From an uncultured Planctomycetaceae bacterium (GTDB lineage Bacteria; Planctomycetota; Planctomycetia; Pirellulales; PALSA-1355): 64,000 nucleotides of DNA. The first letter of the stretch is position 1. Each line of letters opens with the position of its first letter. The DNA is taken from assembly GCA_963715755.1 (NCBI GenBank), contig OY970273.1:86028-150027 (forward strand), given 5' to 3'. The notes below the pieces were generated by a model that had not been told where the DNA came from, did no database searches, and saw only the letters and a list, made by a program, of their open reading frames with translations. Made by a program: the position numbers and the translations under genes. Shown piece by piece: positions 52,376-62,168 of the stretch.

Positions 52376-53638
52376 ATGTCCGACAAGACCACCCCGACCC
52401 AGGTTGCCCAACCGGCCAAGGCCGGTTCGGTTGTGGAGGAGATTCGGGCGTTCAACCAGGACCGCAAGCCGCGCCTGTTGGCCCTCAAGTACGAGCGGAT
52501 GGCGGCCGACGCGTTTGCGTTTTTTCGCGGCACGCTGCACGTATTCGCTCGCCGCTGGTCCGGATTCGCACCTGCCGACGCCGGGCCGGAAATTCTCAGC
52601 TGCGGCGATTTGCACATCGAGAATTTTGGCGCGTTTCAAACCGACGACGCCCTGCTGGGCTACGACGTCAACGACTTTGACGAGGCGCTGGTCGCTCCAT
52701 CCGCGTTCGACCTGGTCCGCCTGGCCGCCAGCATTCGCCTGGCCGCCGAAGCGTGGCAGCTCGACGTCGACCAGGCCCGGCAAACCGCCACCATGCTGCT
52801 GGCCAATTACTGCCACCCGGCCAGCGCGACCGCCTGGGCTGACGGCGCCGACCCGCTAGGCGCGGGGCAAGGAAGCGGACCGATCTGGGAGTTGCTGTCC
52901 AAGGCTGCCGTCAGCACGGTGGCCGATCTGCTCGATCGCCACACGCGCGTCGAACATGGCGGCGAGCGGCGGATCGTGCGCAGCGACGACAAGCATTACG
53001 AATTGAACGACGATCGGGTGAAGAAGGTCACCCGGGCGGTCGAGGAATATGGCCGCCGCCGCGGCGCGGCTGCCGCCTTTCGCGTGCTCGACGTGACCGG
53101 CCGGATTGCCGGCATCGGCAGCCTGGGCTTGCGCCGGGCGATGGTGCTGGTTGCCGGCGAAGGCTCGCCCGACGGCAACAAACTGCTCGACATCAAGGAA
53201 TGCCGCCCGTCGTCGGCGGCCCGCTGGGTGGGCCGCGCGATGCCGTGCCAGACGAACGACGCCCAGCGCGTGGTCCTGGCCCAGCGCCAGCTGCAGGTTC
53301 GCCTGGCCGCGGGCCTGGACGTGCTCGAGATCGGATCGGGCTGGTATCGCATGCGGGCGCTGGTTCCCGACGAAAACCGCTCGAAGCTCGATCGGCTCAA
53401 GGGGGACCCGGCCCGCTTTCGGGCTGCCATTGCGGCCTTGGGCCCGATCGTGGGCCGCTCGCACGCCCGCGGAGCCGACTACGCCCGCACCGGCAGCGAG
53501 CTGGCCCTTTTTGCCCAGGTCGATCGCATGCGGGCCGTGCTCGAGGCGGCCGATTGCGCCGCTGCGGCGGCGCTGGCCGATTATCGAGAGTACCGGCGCG
53601 CCTACGAGGCGGGCGCTTTCCATTTGGATTCCGAATAA
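52376..53638 (+). CDS. DUF2252 family protein
   Basis: AFFRGTLHVFARRW...CGDLHIENFG signature. Confidence 0.75.
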   Translation: MSDKTTPTQVAQPAKAGSVVEEIRAFNQDRKPRLLALKYERMAADAFAFFRGTLHVFARRWSGFAPADAGPEILSCGDLHIENFGAFQTDDALLGYDVNDFDEALVAPSAFDLVRLAASIRLAAEAWQLDVDQARQTATMLLANYCHPASATAWADGADPLGAGQGSGPIWELLSKAAVSTVADLLDRHTRVEHGGERRIVRSDDKHYELNDDRVKKVTRAVEEYGRRRGAAAAFRVLDVTGRIAGIGSLGLRRAMVLVAGEGSPDGNKLLDIKECRPSSAARWVGRAMPCQTNDAQRVVLAQRQLQVRLAAGLDVLEIGSGWYRMRALVPDENRSKLDRLKGDPARFRAAIAALGPIVGRSHARGADYARTGSELALFAQVDRMRAVLEAADCAAAAALADYREYRRAYEAGAFHLDSE

Positions 53639-53654
53639 GCGAGGGTCGCCCACG

Positions 53655-54137
53655 ATGGATGAAGTCTGGCAGGAGTTCGCCGCCGAGGCCGTCGATTGGC
53701 CCATGCTGGTCCGCATCACGATCAAGCTGGCCGTGGCTTGCGCTTGCGGCAGCATCATCGGGCTGAACCGCGAGCACGCCGGCGAAAACGCCGGTTGGCG
53801 CACGCACATCCTGGTGACCCTGGCGGCGGCCTGCTTCGTGATGTCGATGAAGGAATCAGGGGCCGCCGTGGCCGAGTTGACCCGTGTGGTGCAGGGCGTG
53901 GCGACCGGCGTCGGCTTTCTGGGTGCGGGCGTGATCCTGCGGCTGACCGACTCGATCCGCGTCCGGGGCCTGACCACGGCCGCCAGCATCTGGCTGACCG
54001 CGGCGGTCGGCTGCGCCGTCGGCGCCGGGCGGATCTGGATGCCGCTGGTGGCCACGCTGTTTGCCTGGATCACGCTGGCCTGGCTGCGCCTGCTCGAACA
54101 TCACATTGTCGGCTCGCCGGCCGAACACGACGCGTAA
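53655..54137 (+). CDS. MgtC/SapB family membrane protein
   Basis: MLVRITIKLAVACACGSIIGLNRE... typical MgtC N-terminus, 4-5 TM. Confidence 0.8.
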   Translation: MDEVWQEFAAEAVDWPMLVRITIKLAVACACGSIIGLNREHAGENAGWRTHILVTLAAACFVMSMKESGAAVAELTRVVQGVATGVGFLGAGVILRLTDSIRVRGLTTAASIWLTAAVGCAVGAGRIWMPLVATLFAWITLAWLRLLEHHIVGSPAEHDA

Positions 54138-54626
54138 GGCGCCCCGGCGCAGGGTACTTTTCTTTACAGTTGACGACGCCGGGACTAGACTTCAGCTAGT
54201 TCGCGCCACGCCTCCGGCATTTCCCGTCTTTTCTCGAAGGGAGGTGGCTTATCGCGTAATCTGCTCGCTTCGCGGCACGTGCAGTCATTCGCCTGCCGGC
54301 CGAACTTGCAAGCTGCCCTCGCGCCTGGCTAATTCGCGTTCTCATACTTTTCTTTCCTTCGCGCAGCGCGCGAGGCCCGTTGCAGGGTTCTCTCGGGCGA
54401 CGAATTCTCTGTCCGCCAGCCGCCAACCGAAGTGGTCTGGTCCGTGCGGGTGTCTTGCGCGGTGCCCGACCGCCTACTGCGCTTGCGCCCCCATTTGCCG
54501 CCCGGCCGGGCTCGGCTCGTTTCGCGGTCCGCGCCTAGTTTCGCCTGCGGTGGGGCAGCGGGCCGGAGGGCAAGCAGCATTCGTCCCATTTCCATCCCTG
54601 TTCGCCTACAGGCCACGAGGTGCCGC

Positions 54627-56300
54627 ATGTCAAGTTCGCCTCCGCTGTCTGGCCGCGCGATTCGCGGCATGCTGTATACCCATAATCCGTTCTATTTGCT
54701 TAGTGCGCTCTTGGTGCTTATCGGATTGCACAAGGCGCTGGCCGGCGATAGCAGCCTGGCTGGCGGCTGGCTGCTGATGGGCACGCTCTGCGGCTATACC
54801 TTGTTGCTCGTCGTTGCCGGCTATGTGATCGTCCGCTTCGGCCAGGTGTGGGAAGACGCACGGATGATCCTGCTGGTGATCGTGCTCCTGTTTCTGGCCT
54901 TGTCGGTGAGTTTCGACCGAATCACGCTCGCCCGGCCACTTAGCGGCGCGGGCTTTCTGCTGGGCGGCTGGTGTTTCGCCGTGCTGGTTTCCGAGGCAGT
55001 GTTCCGCAGTCTGGCGATTCGGCTCGCGGCGAGTTATCGGGTTCCCTATTACCTGGTGTTGGCGCTAATGTTTGCTTATCCGGTGGGGCTGGCCGTGCTG
55101 TCGGTCGAAGGGCGCGATGTGGCCATGTCCTGGGGCGTGTTTTTGTTTCCCGTGGCGGCTGCGGCCGCGCTCTTAATGCTGTCGCCGGCCGCGCGGCGCC
55201 GCGGGCAGGACGAACCGCCCAGCGGCACGCCCTGGCGCTGGCCCTGGTTTCCCTGGACGCTGTTCTTCTTCTTGCTGCTGGCGGTGGGGCTGCGGACCTA
55301 CTCGCTCAGCATGGCCTTCGAAGCGGCTAAGGGCTCGGCCGTCAGTTTCCAGCCCTACTTTCTCACGCCGCTGGTGCTCGCCAGCGCGGCGCTATTGTTT
55401 GAGGCGGCGATGGCCAACGGCAGTCGCCGCGCGCAGCAGGTGGCTCTCCTGCTTCCGGCCGCGGTCTTGTTGCTCAGTTTTCCCGGAACGCCCATGAACC
55501 CGGTGGCCGCCCGCTTCCTGCTGCGGCTCTCAGCCAGCCTGGGTTCGCCGCTGCAGCTGGCCCTGGTCGGGCTGGCCGTGTTCTGGACGATGGCCTGGAT
55601 GCGCGGGCAGCGAATTGCCGAACTGGGAATGATTGGCTGCGCGGTGTTGGCCAGTCTGGCCGGCTCGCAGACGGTCGACTTCAGCTCGCTGACCTTCGTG
55701 CAGCCCTGGCCGCTCGCGGCGCTTGCGGCCTGGCAATTGCCTCGCGGGCTGTGGCAGCGGTCATCGTGGCGCACCCTGGCGGGATCGACCGCCGGTCTGG
55801 CCGCAATCTGGGCTTCGCGATGGTCGCCCGATCACGGTTTGCTGTCGCGGTACGCGCTGGGTCATGCCCTGGTGGTCATGGCATTGGCGGCGGCCGCGAT
55901 GTATGACGACCGCTGGGCTCGCTGGTTCCGGCGATTCGTCGGGCCGCTGGTGCCCTGTGCAGCGCTGATTGCCGCGACGGCGTACGATTTCTTGTTTCCC
56001 CACGTGCCGCGGATCGACCATGCGATTTACCTCTCGGCGCTGCTGGCCGTGGCCGTGCTTTATTGGCGGCGGTGGGCGGCAACGCTGCAAATGCTGGCCG
56101 CGCTGGTCACGGCCGCATGCCTGCTGCTGTTTGGCGGCCGGAGTCTTTACTTGTGGCTCCAGTCGTCGCCGCTCGACAAGGGGCTTCCCTGGCTGGCCAG
56201 CGGGCTGCTGGTCCTGGGCGTGGCGCTGGCGCTCAGTTTGAGAAAAGGGGGCCTGCTTGCCCGGGCCTGGATCACGCTCCGGGCGTTGAACAAGGCGTGA
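54627..56300 (+). CDS. large polytopic membrane protein, unknown function
   Basis: ~14 hydrophobic helices, Trp-rich; ATG 54627. Confidence 0.55.
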   Translation: MSSSPPLSGRAIRGMLYTHNPFYLLSALLVLIGLHKALAGDSSLAGGWLLMGTLCGYTLLLVVAGYVIVRFGQVWEDARMILLVIVLLFLALSVSFDRITLARPLSGAGFLLGGWCFAVLVSEAVFRSLAIRLAASYRVPYYLVLALMFAYPVGLAVLSVEGRDVAMSWGVFLFPVAAAAALLMLSPAARRRGQDEPPSGTPWRWPWFPWTLFFFLLLAVGLRTYSLSMAFEAAKGSAVSFQPYFLTPLVLASAALLFEAAMANGSRRAQQVALLLPAAVLLLSFPGTPMNPVAARFLLRLSASLGSPLQLALVGLAVFWTMAWMRGQRIAELGMIGCAVLASLAGSQTVDFSSLTFVQPWPLAALAAWQLPRGLWQRSSWRTLAGSTAGLAAIWASRWSPDHGLLSRYALGHALVVMALAAAAMYDDRWARWFRRFVGPLVPCAALIAATAYDFLFPHVPRIDHAIYLSALLAVAVLYWRRWAATLQMLAALVTAACLLLFGGRSLYLWLQSSPLDKGLPWLASGLLVLGVALALSLRKGGLLARAWITLRALNKA

Positions 56301-56434
56301 GTTGCAGCGAAAGTGGGGTGGCGAGGACTGATAACACCACCACCCCACTTGCCGGCTGGCCGTGGCTGGGGCCCAGATGGTAAGTTGACGGATTCGATGC
56401 GTGCAGGACCACGCGGCCCCGGCGTTTTTCGGCG

Positions 56435-58672
56435 ATGAAATCGATTCCGCTCAAGCACCTGCGGCGACGCATCTCGATTGCCCGCGACGATAACGGCGTG
56501 CCGCACGTCGCCGCCACCAGCTGGCGCGGGGCCCTCTACGGCCTGGGCTACATGCACGCCATCGACCGGCCCACGCAACTGCTCTTCGCCCGGGCTGTGG
56601 CCAGCGGCCGCTCGGCCGAACAGATCGCCGACAAGCCCGAGCTGGTCGAAACCGACCGCTTTTTCCGCCGTGCCGGTTTGTACCTGAACCTGGACCGCGA
56701 AGTCGATCAGCTCGACGACAGCACGTTCGATCAGTTGACCGCCTACTGCGAGGGAGTCAACGACGGGCTCAAGGACGCCGGTCGCTCCTGGCCGATGTGG
56801 GCCACGGGCTTCGTGCCCACGCCCTGGACGCAGCAGGCCGTGCTGCTGGTGGGCAATCTATTGAGCTATGGCGGCCTGGTCGTCGGCCAGCAGGAGAACG
56901 AGCGGATCCTGTTGGAACTGATCCAGGCCGGAGTCGAAGACGACAAGATGCGCGAGCTGTTCGCGCCGCTTTTGGATCACGAGGATTTCGACCTGCTGCG
57001 CCAGGTGCAGATCCGCCGCACGCTTTCGGACGAGGCCTTGGAGCTGCTCACCGATTTGCCGCGGCTGGCCGGCAGCAATGCCTGGGCGGTGAGCCCCAAG
57101 CGCAGCGCGACCGGATCGGCCCTGCTGGCCAGCGATCCGCATTTGGAAATCCACCGCCTGCCGGCGATCTGGTACGAGGCGGTGCTCCGCTGGGGCCCGC
57201 ACGGCGAGCAATTTGCAATGGGCGCCACGCTGCCCGGTTGTCCGCTGTTTGCCGTGGCCCGGACCGAGCGGCTGGGCTGGGGCGTCACGTATCTGAAAGG
57301 GGACACCAGCGACTCGTTCATCGAAGATTGCCGCACGGGGGGCGGCAGCGGCTGGCAGTATCGCCGCGGCGACAGTTGGCGCGACTTCGAGCGGCGGCGC
57401 GAAACGATCCTCCGCAAAGGCAACTCGCCGGAAGTGCTCGACGTTTACTTCAATGCCCAGGGCACGCTGGAGCGCGACCCGCAGCCCGAGCGACCCGGCT
57501 ATTACTTGTCGACGGCCTGGATTGGCGATCGGGCCGGCGCAGGGCGCTCGATCGGCACGTGGCTCGACATCGTCGCGGCCCAGAGCACGGCCGAAGCGAT
57601 GGAGATCGCCCAGGCTTGCCCGCTGCCCACGTTGTGTTGGGTGTTTGCCGACAGCCGCGGACACATCGGCCGCCAGGCGAACGGCTGGTTTCCGGAGCGG
57701 GCCAAAGGCACGAGCGGCCTGCTGCCGATCGCGGCCTGGGACGAGCGCAATCATTGGCGGGGCCGGCTGCCGGCCTCGGTGTTGCCCTCGGCCTACGATC
57801 CGCCCGAGGGCTACGTGGCCGCGGCCAACGAAGACACGAACCTGCCGGGCGGACCGCGGCTGGTGACGATGATCGTGCCCGACTATCGCCGCCGCCGCAT
57901 CGACGAGCGGCTGCGCGAGCTGGACGAGGCCACGCTCGACGACATGAAAGGGATGCAGTACGACGTCGTGAGCCTGCACGCGGCCCAGCTGCTGCCGATT
58001 TTTCTGCCGCACTTGCCCGAGGGAGAAATGAAAAGCCGTCTGGCCGCCTGGGACTGTCAGTACGATCCGCACAGCATCGAGGCGACCTGGTTCTCGCGGC
58101 TCTACCAGTACGTGCTGCTCGAAGTGTTCGGCCAGGAGCGTGGAATCGGCTGGCGGCGAATGCTATACCTGGCCACGCGCGTCGGCTTTTCGACCATGTT
58201 GCTGACGGCCATCGATCGGCTGTTGATCAAAGAACGCTCGCTGTGGTGGCAAGGCCGCGACAAGGCCGAGCTGATTCGCCGAGCCGGCGAGCGGGTGGAG
58301 CAAGAGCCGCCCCAACCCTGGTCGGTGACCAACGGCTTCCACTTCGTCAATCGATTCCTGGACGACGGCTTCTTCGGCCGGGCGCTGGGTTTCAGCACCG
58401 GCGAGATCGCGCTGCCCGGTTGCCACGCGACCTTGTTTCAAGGCCACCTGCTCAAGAGCGCCCGGCGCGAAACGACCTTCGCCCCCTCGTACCACTTCGT
58501 CACCGACCTGGCCACGCGCCAGGCCCACACCAACCTGCCGGGCGGACCGAGCGAGAGCCGCATGTCCGGCTTCTACAAAAGCGACATCCCGCGCTGGGTC
58601 ACCGGCGAGTACAAAGTGCTGGAGCCAGTCGATCAGAACCGCGAGCCTTGGCAGGCCGGATCGAGCGGGTAG
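56435..58672 (+). CDS. penicillin acylase family protein (Ntn-hydrolase, peptidase S45)
   Basis: N-terminal DDNGVPHVAATSWRGALYGLGYMHAIDRPTQL and SNAWAV nucleophile region. Confidence 0.85.
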   Translation: MKSIPLKHLRRRISIARDDNGVPHVAATSWRGALYGLGYMHAIDRPTQLLFARAVASGRSAEQIADKPELVETDRFFRRAGLYLNLDREVDQLDDSTFDQLTAYCEGVNDGLKDAGRSWPMWATGFVPTPWTQQAVLLVGNLLSYGGLVVGQQENERILLELIQAGVEDDKMRELFAPLLDHEDFDLLRQVQIRRTLSDEALELLTDLPRLAGSNAWAVSPKRSATGSALLASDPHLEIHRLPAIWYEAVLRWGPHGEQFAMGATLPGCPLFAVARTERLGWGVTYLKGDTSDSFIEDCRTGGGSGWQYRRGDSWRDFERRRETILRKGNSPEVLDVYFNAQGTLERDPQPERPGYYLSTAWIGDRAGAGRSIGTWLDIVAAQSTAEAMEIAQACPLPTLCWVFADSRGHIGRQANGWFPERAKGTSGLLPIAAWDERNHWRGRLPASVLPSAYDPPEGYVAAANEDTNLPGGPRLVTMIVPDYRRRRIDERLRELDEATLDDMKGMQYDVVSLHAAQLLPIFLPHLPEGEMKSRLAAWDCQYDPHSIEATWFSRLYQYVLLEVFGQERGIGWRRMLYLATRVGFSTMLLTAIDRLLIKERSLWWQGRDKAELIRRAGERVEQEPPQPWSVTNGFHFVNRFLDDGFFGRALGFSTGEIALPGCHATLFQGHLLKSARRETTFAPSYHFVTDLATRQAHTNLPGGPSESRMSGFYKSDIPRWVTGEYKVLEPVDQNREPWQAGSSG

Positions 58673-58737
58673 GGCGTTGGGGGCCGGCAGGGCGCCGGCT
58701 GGGGTGCATGCAGGACACGGACGGCGCCATCCGTTAA

Positions 58738-58761
58738 GCCCACGGGCGGCGGCCCGTGGGC
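58738..58761. terminator. perfect 10-bp-stem hairpin (gcccacgggc-ggcg-gcccgtgggc) between convergent genes; member of a repeated TTAAGCCCACGGG element
   Basis: read directly; 66 nt after the acylase stop, 50 nt before the hydrolase gene 3' end; near-identical element at 62094-62118. Confidence 0.55.
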
Positions 58762-58810
58762 ACGTGCCGCGCGCGAAATCTAATTCTCGGGCCGGTTCCG
58801 CCAAGCCTCG

Positions 58811-60912
58811 CTACGGCTTTGGAGCGGGCTGGAACTGCCAGCTCTCGTCGAAGAACCCGGCCGTGGCGATGCCCCCCGGCGCACGCGCGGTGACCGGCAC
58901 ACGAATGTCGATCACGGCGTAATCGGGCAGCTTGGGCACTTGCCGGGCGTTGTTCAAATAGTCGTACTCGCGGAACGTGAAGCCGGAGTTGACGACTACG
59001 TAGCGCTCGGGGTTCAGCGGGTTCGGATAAACCAGCACCGGCACATGATCGGTGGCGGAAAACTTCTCGCCGCCGGATTCGATGCCGCCGGCGGTCCAGC
59101 GGATCGGCAGCCGGTCGGCGATCTTGGCCAGCACAGAATTGCTCGATGGATCACCCCAGAGAATCAGGTTGTGCTGGGCGGTGTCGGCCTCGGTGATGTC
59201 TTTGTCGGCCTTCACTCGGGCATCGCCGCGGAATTGCCGCCGCCAGTGCTCGATGGCGTGTTTCATTTCGCCGGCCGTCCAGCGGCCGACTGGTTCATTG
59301 AGTGCCGCGCCCGAGGGCTGCACCATCAGAAAACTGTCCATAAAGGCGTCGTCGATCGGGCCTTGCAGGCCGGGCCGCTTGGTCAGCGGGGCCGACTCGG
59401 CCTTAGGCTCGGGCGCCAATTGCCAACGGCCGCCAACCTTGGCCAGCCGGGCCACCCAAGAGCGGTCGGACAGCGGCTGCGGGGCTTCGAACGCGACGCC
59501 ATCGATTTCGATCACCGGCTTTTTCAGAATGTCGAGCGGGCATTCGCCGGCCGCAAACCGCAGGGTCAGTCCGGTGACGTTGTCGGTCTTCACCACCACG
59601 TCGACCGACTGGCCATGCATTAGCCGGGCTTCAACTCGGGCGCGGTTCCAATGCTGGCCCAGCCCGTCCAGTTCGAGCCACAAGCAGCGGTTGTAGCGGA
59701 GGGTAAAGGTCGTGAAGCAGATCTGCTCCGGCACGCGATTGCGGCCCTGTTCGGCCAGGCGATCGATTCGGGCGTTGATCTCTTCCTTGGCCGCCGGCGT
59801 GTAGTTGTGCTCGGCGCCAGAGCCGATGATGTGGACCAGCCGGATGCCGACGGCGGCCAGCGCCTGTTCCATTTGATCGGCGGCTTGTTTCTGCCGGTCC
59901 TTCTGGCCGCTATAGGCCACGGTCGGACAGTTGAACAAGTTAAGCGCGTAATCCGTGGCGTCGTACAGATGCCAAAGCTTGCGCTCGTACCAGGTGGGCG
60001 TGAGCGTCTCGCCCTGGAACGTCTTGAGGAAGTCGGCCGTCTCTGAGAATCCGGCTCCCGGCGCCGCCGCGGCCCACGTGCCGGGATAGTGCGTGGCGAA
60101 TTGCCAGGAGGCGGCGCCCCCCATCGAGAAACCCCGCATCACCAGCCGGTCCTGGTCGATCGGGTAATGCCGGCGACGTGGTCGAGCGCCTCGAACAAAT
60201 CGATCTCGCCGGCGAACTTGTTGGCGTTGCAGTAGCGGCCGTAGGGATGCAGGACGAATGCGCCCGGCGGCAGAAACTCGCCCGGCGACGACTGCCGGCC
60301 GGTGATGAAATTGACCTCGCTCAACGTCTCGCCCCGGCCGTGGCACCAGACGTCGAGCCGGAACCGGTGCGGCGTGCGCGGCTGGTACGTCGCCGGCACG
60401 ACCAGCCCATACGGCTGCACCGAGCCGTCGATCTTCGAGCGGTAGCCGCGCACGACCAGCCCGGTGGCCGCCTGCCAGGGAGCCTCGCCGGCCCGCAGTT
60501 GCCGAGCCCGCTCCAGGCCTTGCTTGAGCAGGTTTTGGGCTGCCGCCAACTCCCGGGCATCGAAGAACTCGTTGTAGGCGAGCGCGTAATGCACGGCCTG
60601 GCGATAAATTTCGACGTCGGGCAGCAGTTCCAGGAGGTCGGGCCGGTTCTGAAGCGCTTCGGGCAGGGCCGCGATCGCTTTTTGCAATTCGTCCAGCCCG
60701 GCCTGCAATTCGGCCCGATCGGCGGCCGCCAGGGCGATTCCCGGCGGCGGAATCGGCCGGACAGTGTCGGTCACGTTGTCTTTCGGGCCATCGGCCCGGA
60801 GCAGGGTACCGCTGAGGACAGCAGCGCCCCAGAGCACAGAGCCCCATAACACGGGGCCCCATAACACAGGGCCCCAAAACACGGTGAGCCAGGCCAGTGG
60901 GCGGTGCGTCAT
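58811..60912 (-). CDS. secreted alpha/beta-hydrolase (prolyl-oligopeptidase/esterase-like) with C-terminal extra domain; 1-nt deletion in a C-run near 60165
   Basis: signal MTHRPLAWLTVFWGPVLWGPVLWG..., N-terminal frame ends ...LFEALDHVA, second frame continues RHYPIDQDRLVMRGFSMGGAASW (GxSxG elbow); gtcgccggcattac would read through as gtcgcccggcattac. Confidence 0.7.
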
Positions 60913-61113
60913 GGCGGTTTCCTTGGCAAGGATGCCGGCGGGGGTGGTTGGTCTGGGGGCAGCGCCGCCCCCTGCCGCCGGCGACAAAGTTTTCGCGCCC
61001 CGCTTGTCGGGCGCGTCGCCGACCGTTTAGTCTGGCGATTATATCAAGCCGCGGCGATGCATGGCGCGGCGACCGGGCGGACGAATCGAAAATCCGGGAA
61101 AGTGGCGAAGCCT

Positions 61114-62043
61114 ATGAACCGGCTGGTCAGGGGTGGTTCGGCAAGCGTGGGGCTGATGTTGGCGGCGCTGGTCCTCTGCGGGCGATCGGGCACCACTCAG
61201 GCCGACGACAGCCCGGTGGTTGCGGCGGGGGCCAAGCTCAAGAAGCTGGCCGACGGATTCGAGTTTACCGAGGGGCCCGCCGCCGACGCCCAGGGCAACG
61301 TCTACTTCACCGATCAGCCGAACGACCGCATCCTGCGCTGGAGCACCGACGGCAAGCTGTCGACCTTTCTGCAGCCGGCCGGCCGCTCGAACGGGTTGTG
61401 CTTCGATGCCAAAGGCAACCTCTGGGCCTGCGCCGACGAGAAGAACGAGCTGTGGCGGATCGATCCGGCCACCGGCCAGCACACCGTCGTGCTCAAAGAC
61501 CACCAGGGCAAGTTGTTCAACGGGCCCAACGACGTCTGGATTCGCCCCGACGGCGGCGTCTATTTCACCGATCCGTTCTATCAGCGCCCTTATTGGAAGC
61601 GCGGGCCGATGGAACAGGACCAGCAGGCAGTGTATTACCTGGCGCCCGACGGCCAGAAACTGGTGCGCGTGGCCGATGACCTGCGGCAGCCGAACGGATT
61701 GATCGGCACGGCGGACGGCAAGACGCTGTACGTTGCCGACATTGGCGACAACAAGACCTATGCCTACCAGATCCAGCCCGATGGCAAGCTGGCCGACAAG
61801 CGGCTGTTTTGCGAGCTGGGTTCCGACGGCATGACGCTCGACGTCGATGGCAACGTTTACCTGACCGGCAAGGGAGTCACGGTGTTCGACAGCCAGGGCA
61901 AGCGGATCGAACAGATCAATGTGCCCGAGGGCTGGACCGCCAACGTCTGCTTCGGGGGCGCCGACCGGCAAACGCTGTTCATCACGGCCGGCAAGGGGTT
62001 GTATGGGGTGAAGATGAAGGTCAAAGGCGTGGGCAGCCAGTAG
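61114..62043 (+). CDS. SMP-30/gluconolactonase/LRE-like protein (secreted)
   Basis: FEFTEGPAADAQGNVYFTDQPNDRILRW, GPNDVWIRPDGGVYFTDP 6-blade propeller signature. Confidence 0.85.
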   Translation: MNRLVRGGSASVGLMLAALVLCGRSGTTQADDSPVVAAGAKLKKLADGFEFTEGPAADAQGNVYFTDQPNDRILRWSTDGKLSTFLQPAGRSNGLCFDAKGNLWACADEKNELWRIDPATGQHTVVLKDHQGKLFNGPNDVWIRPDGGVYFTDPFYQRPYWKRGPMEQDQQAVYYLAPDGQKLVRVADDLRQPNGLIGTADGKTLYVADIGDNKTYAYQIQPDGKLADKRLFCELGSDGMTLDVDGNVYLTGKGVTVFDSQGKRIEQINVPEGWTANVCFGGADRQTLFITAGKGLYGVKMKVKGVGSQ

Positions 62044-62093
62044 TCCCACACACGCGTCCCGCCGCGCCACTCCTGCGCGCACCCACCTATTAA

Positions 62094-62118
62094 GCCCACC
62101 GGGATGCTGCCCGTGGGC
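62094..62118. terminator. second copy of the TTAAGCCCAC(C)GGG...CCCGTGGGC hairpin at a convergent gene junction
   Basis: attaagcccaccgggatgctgcccgtgggcg; 51 nt after the gluconolactonase stop. Confidence 0.5.
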
Positions 62119-62168
62119 GCGTCGCGTCATGGGCATCGACGAGCAACAAACTTCGCTTCGTGCGAGAA

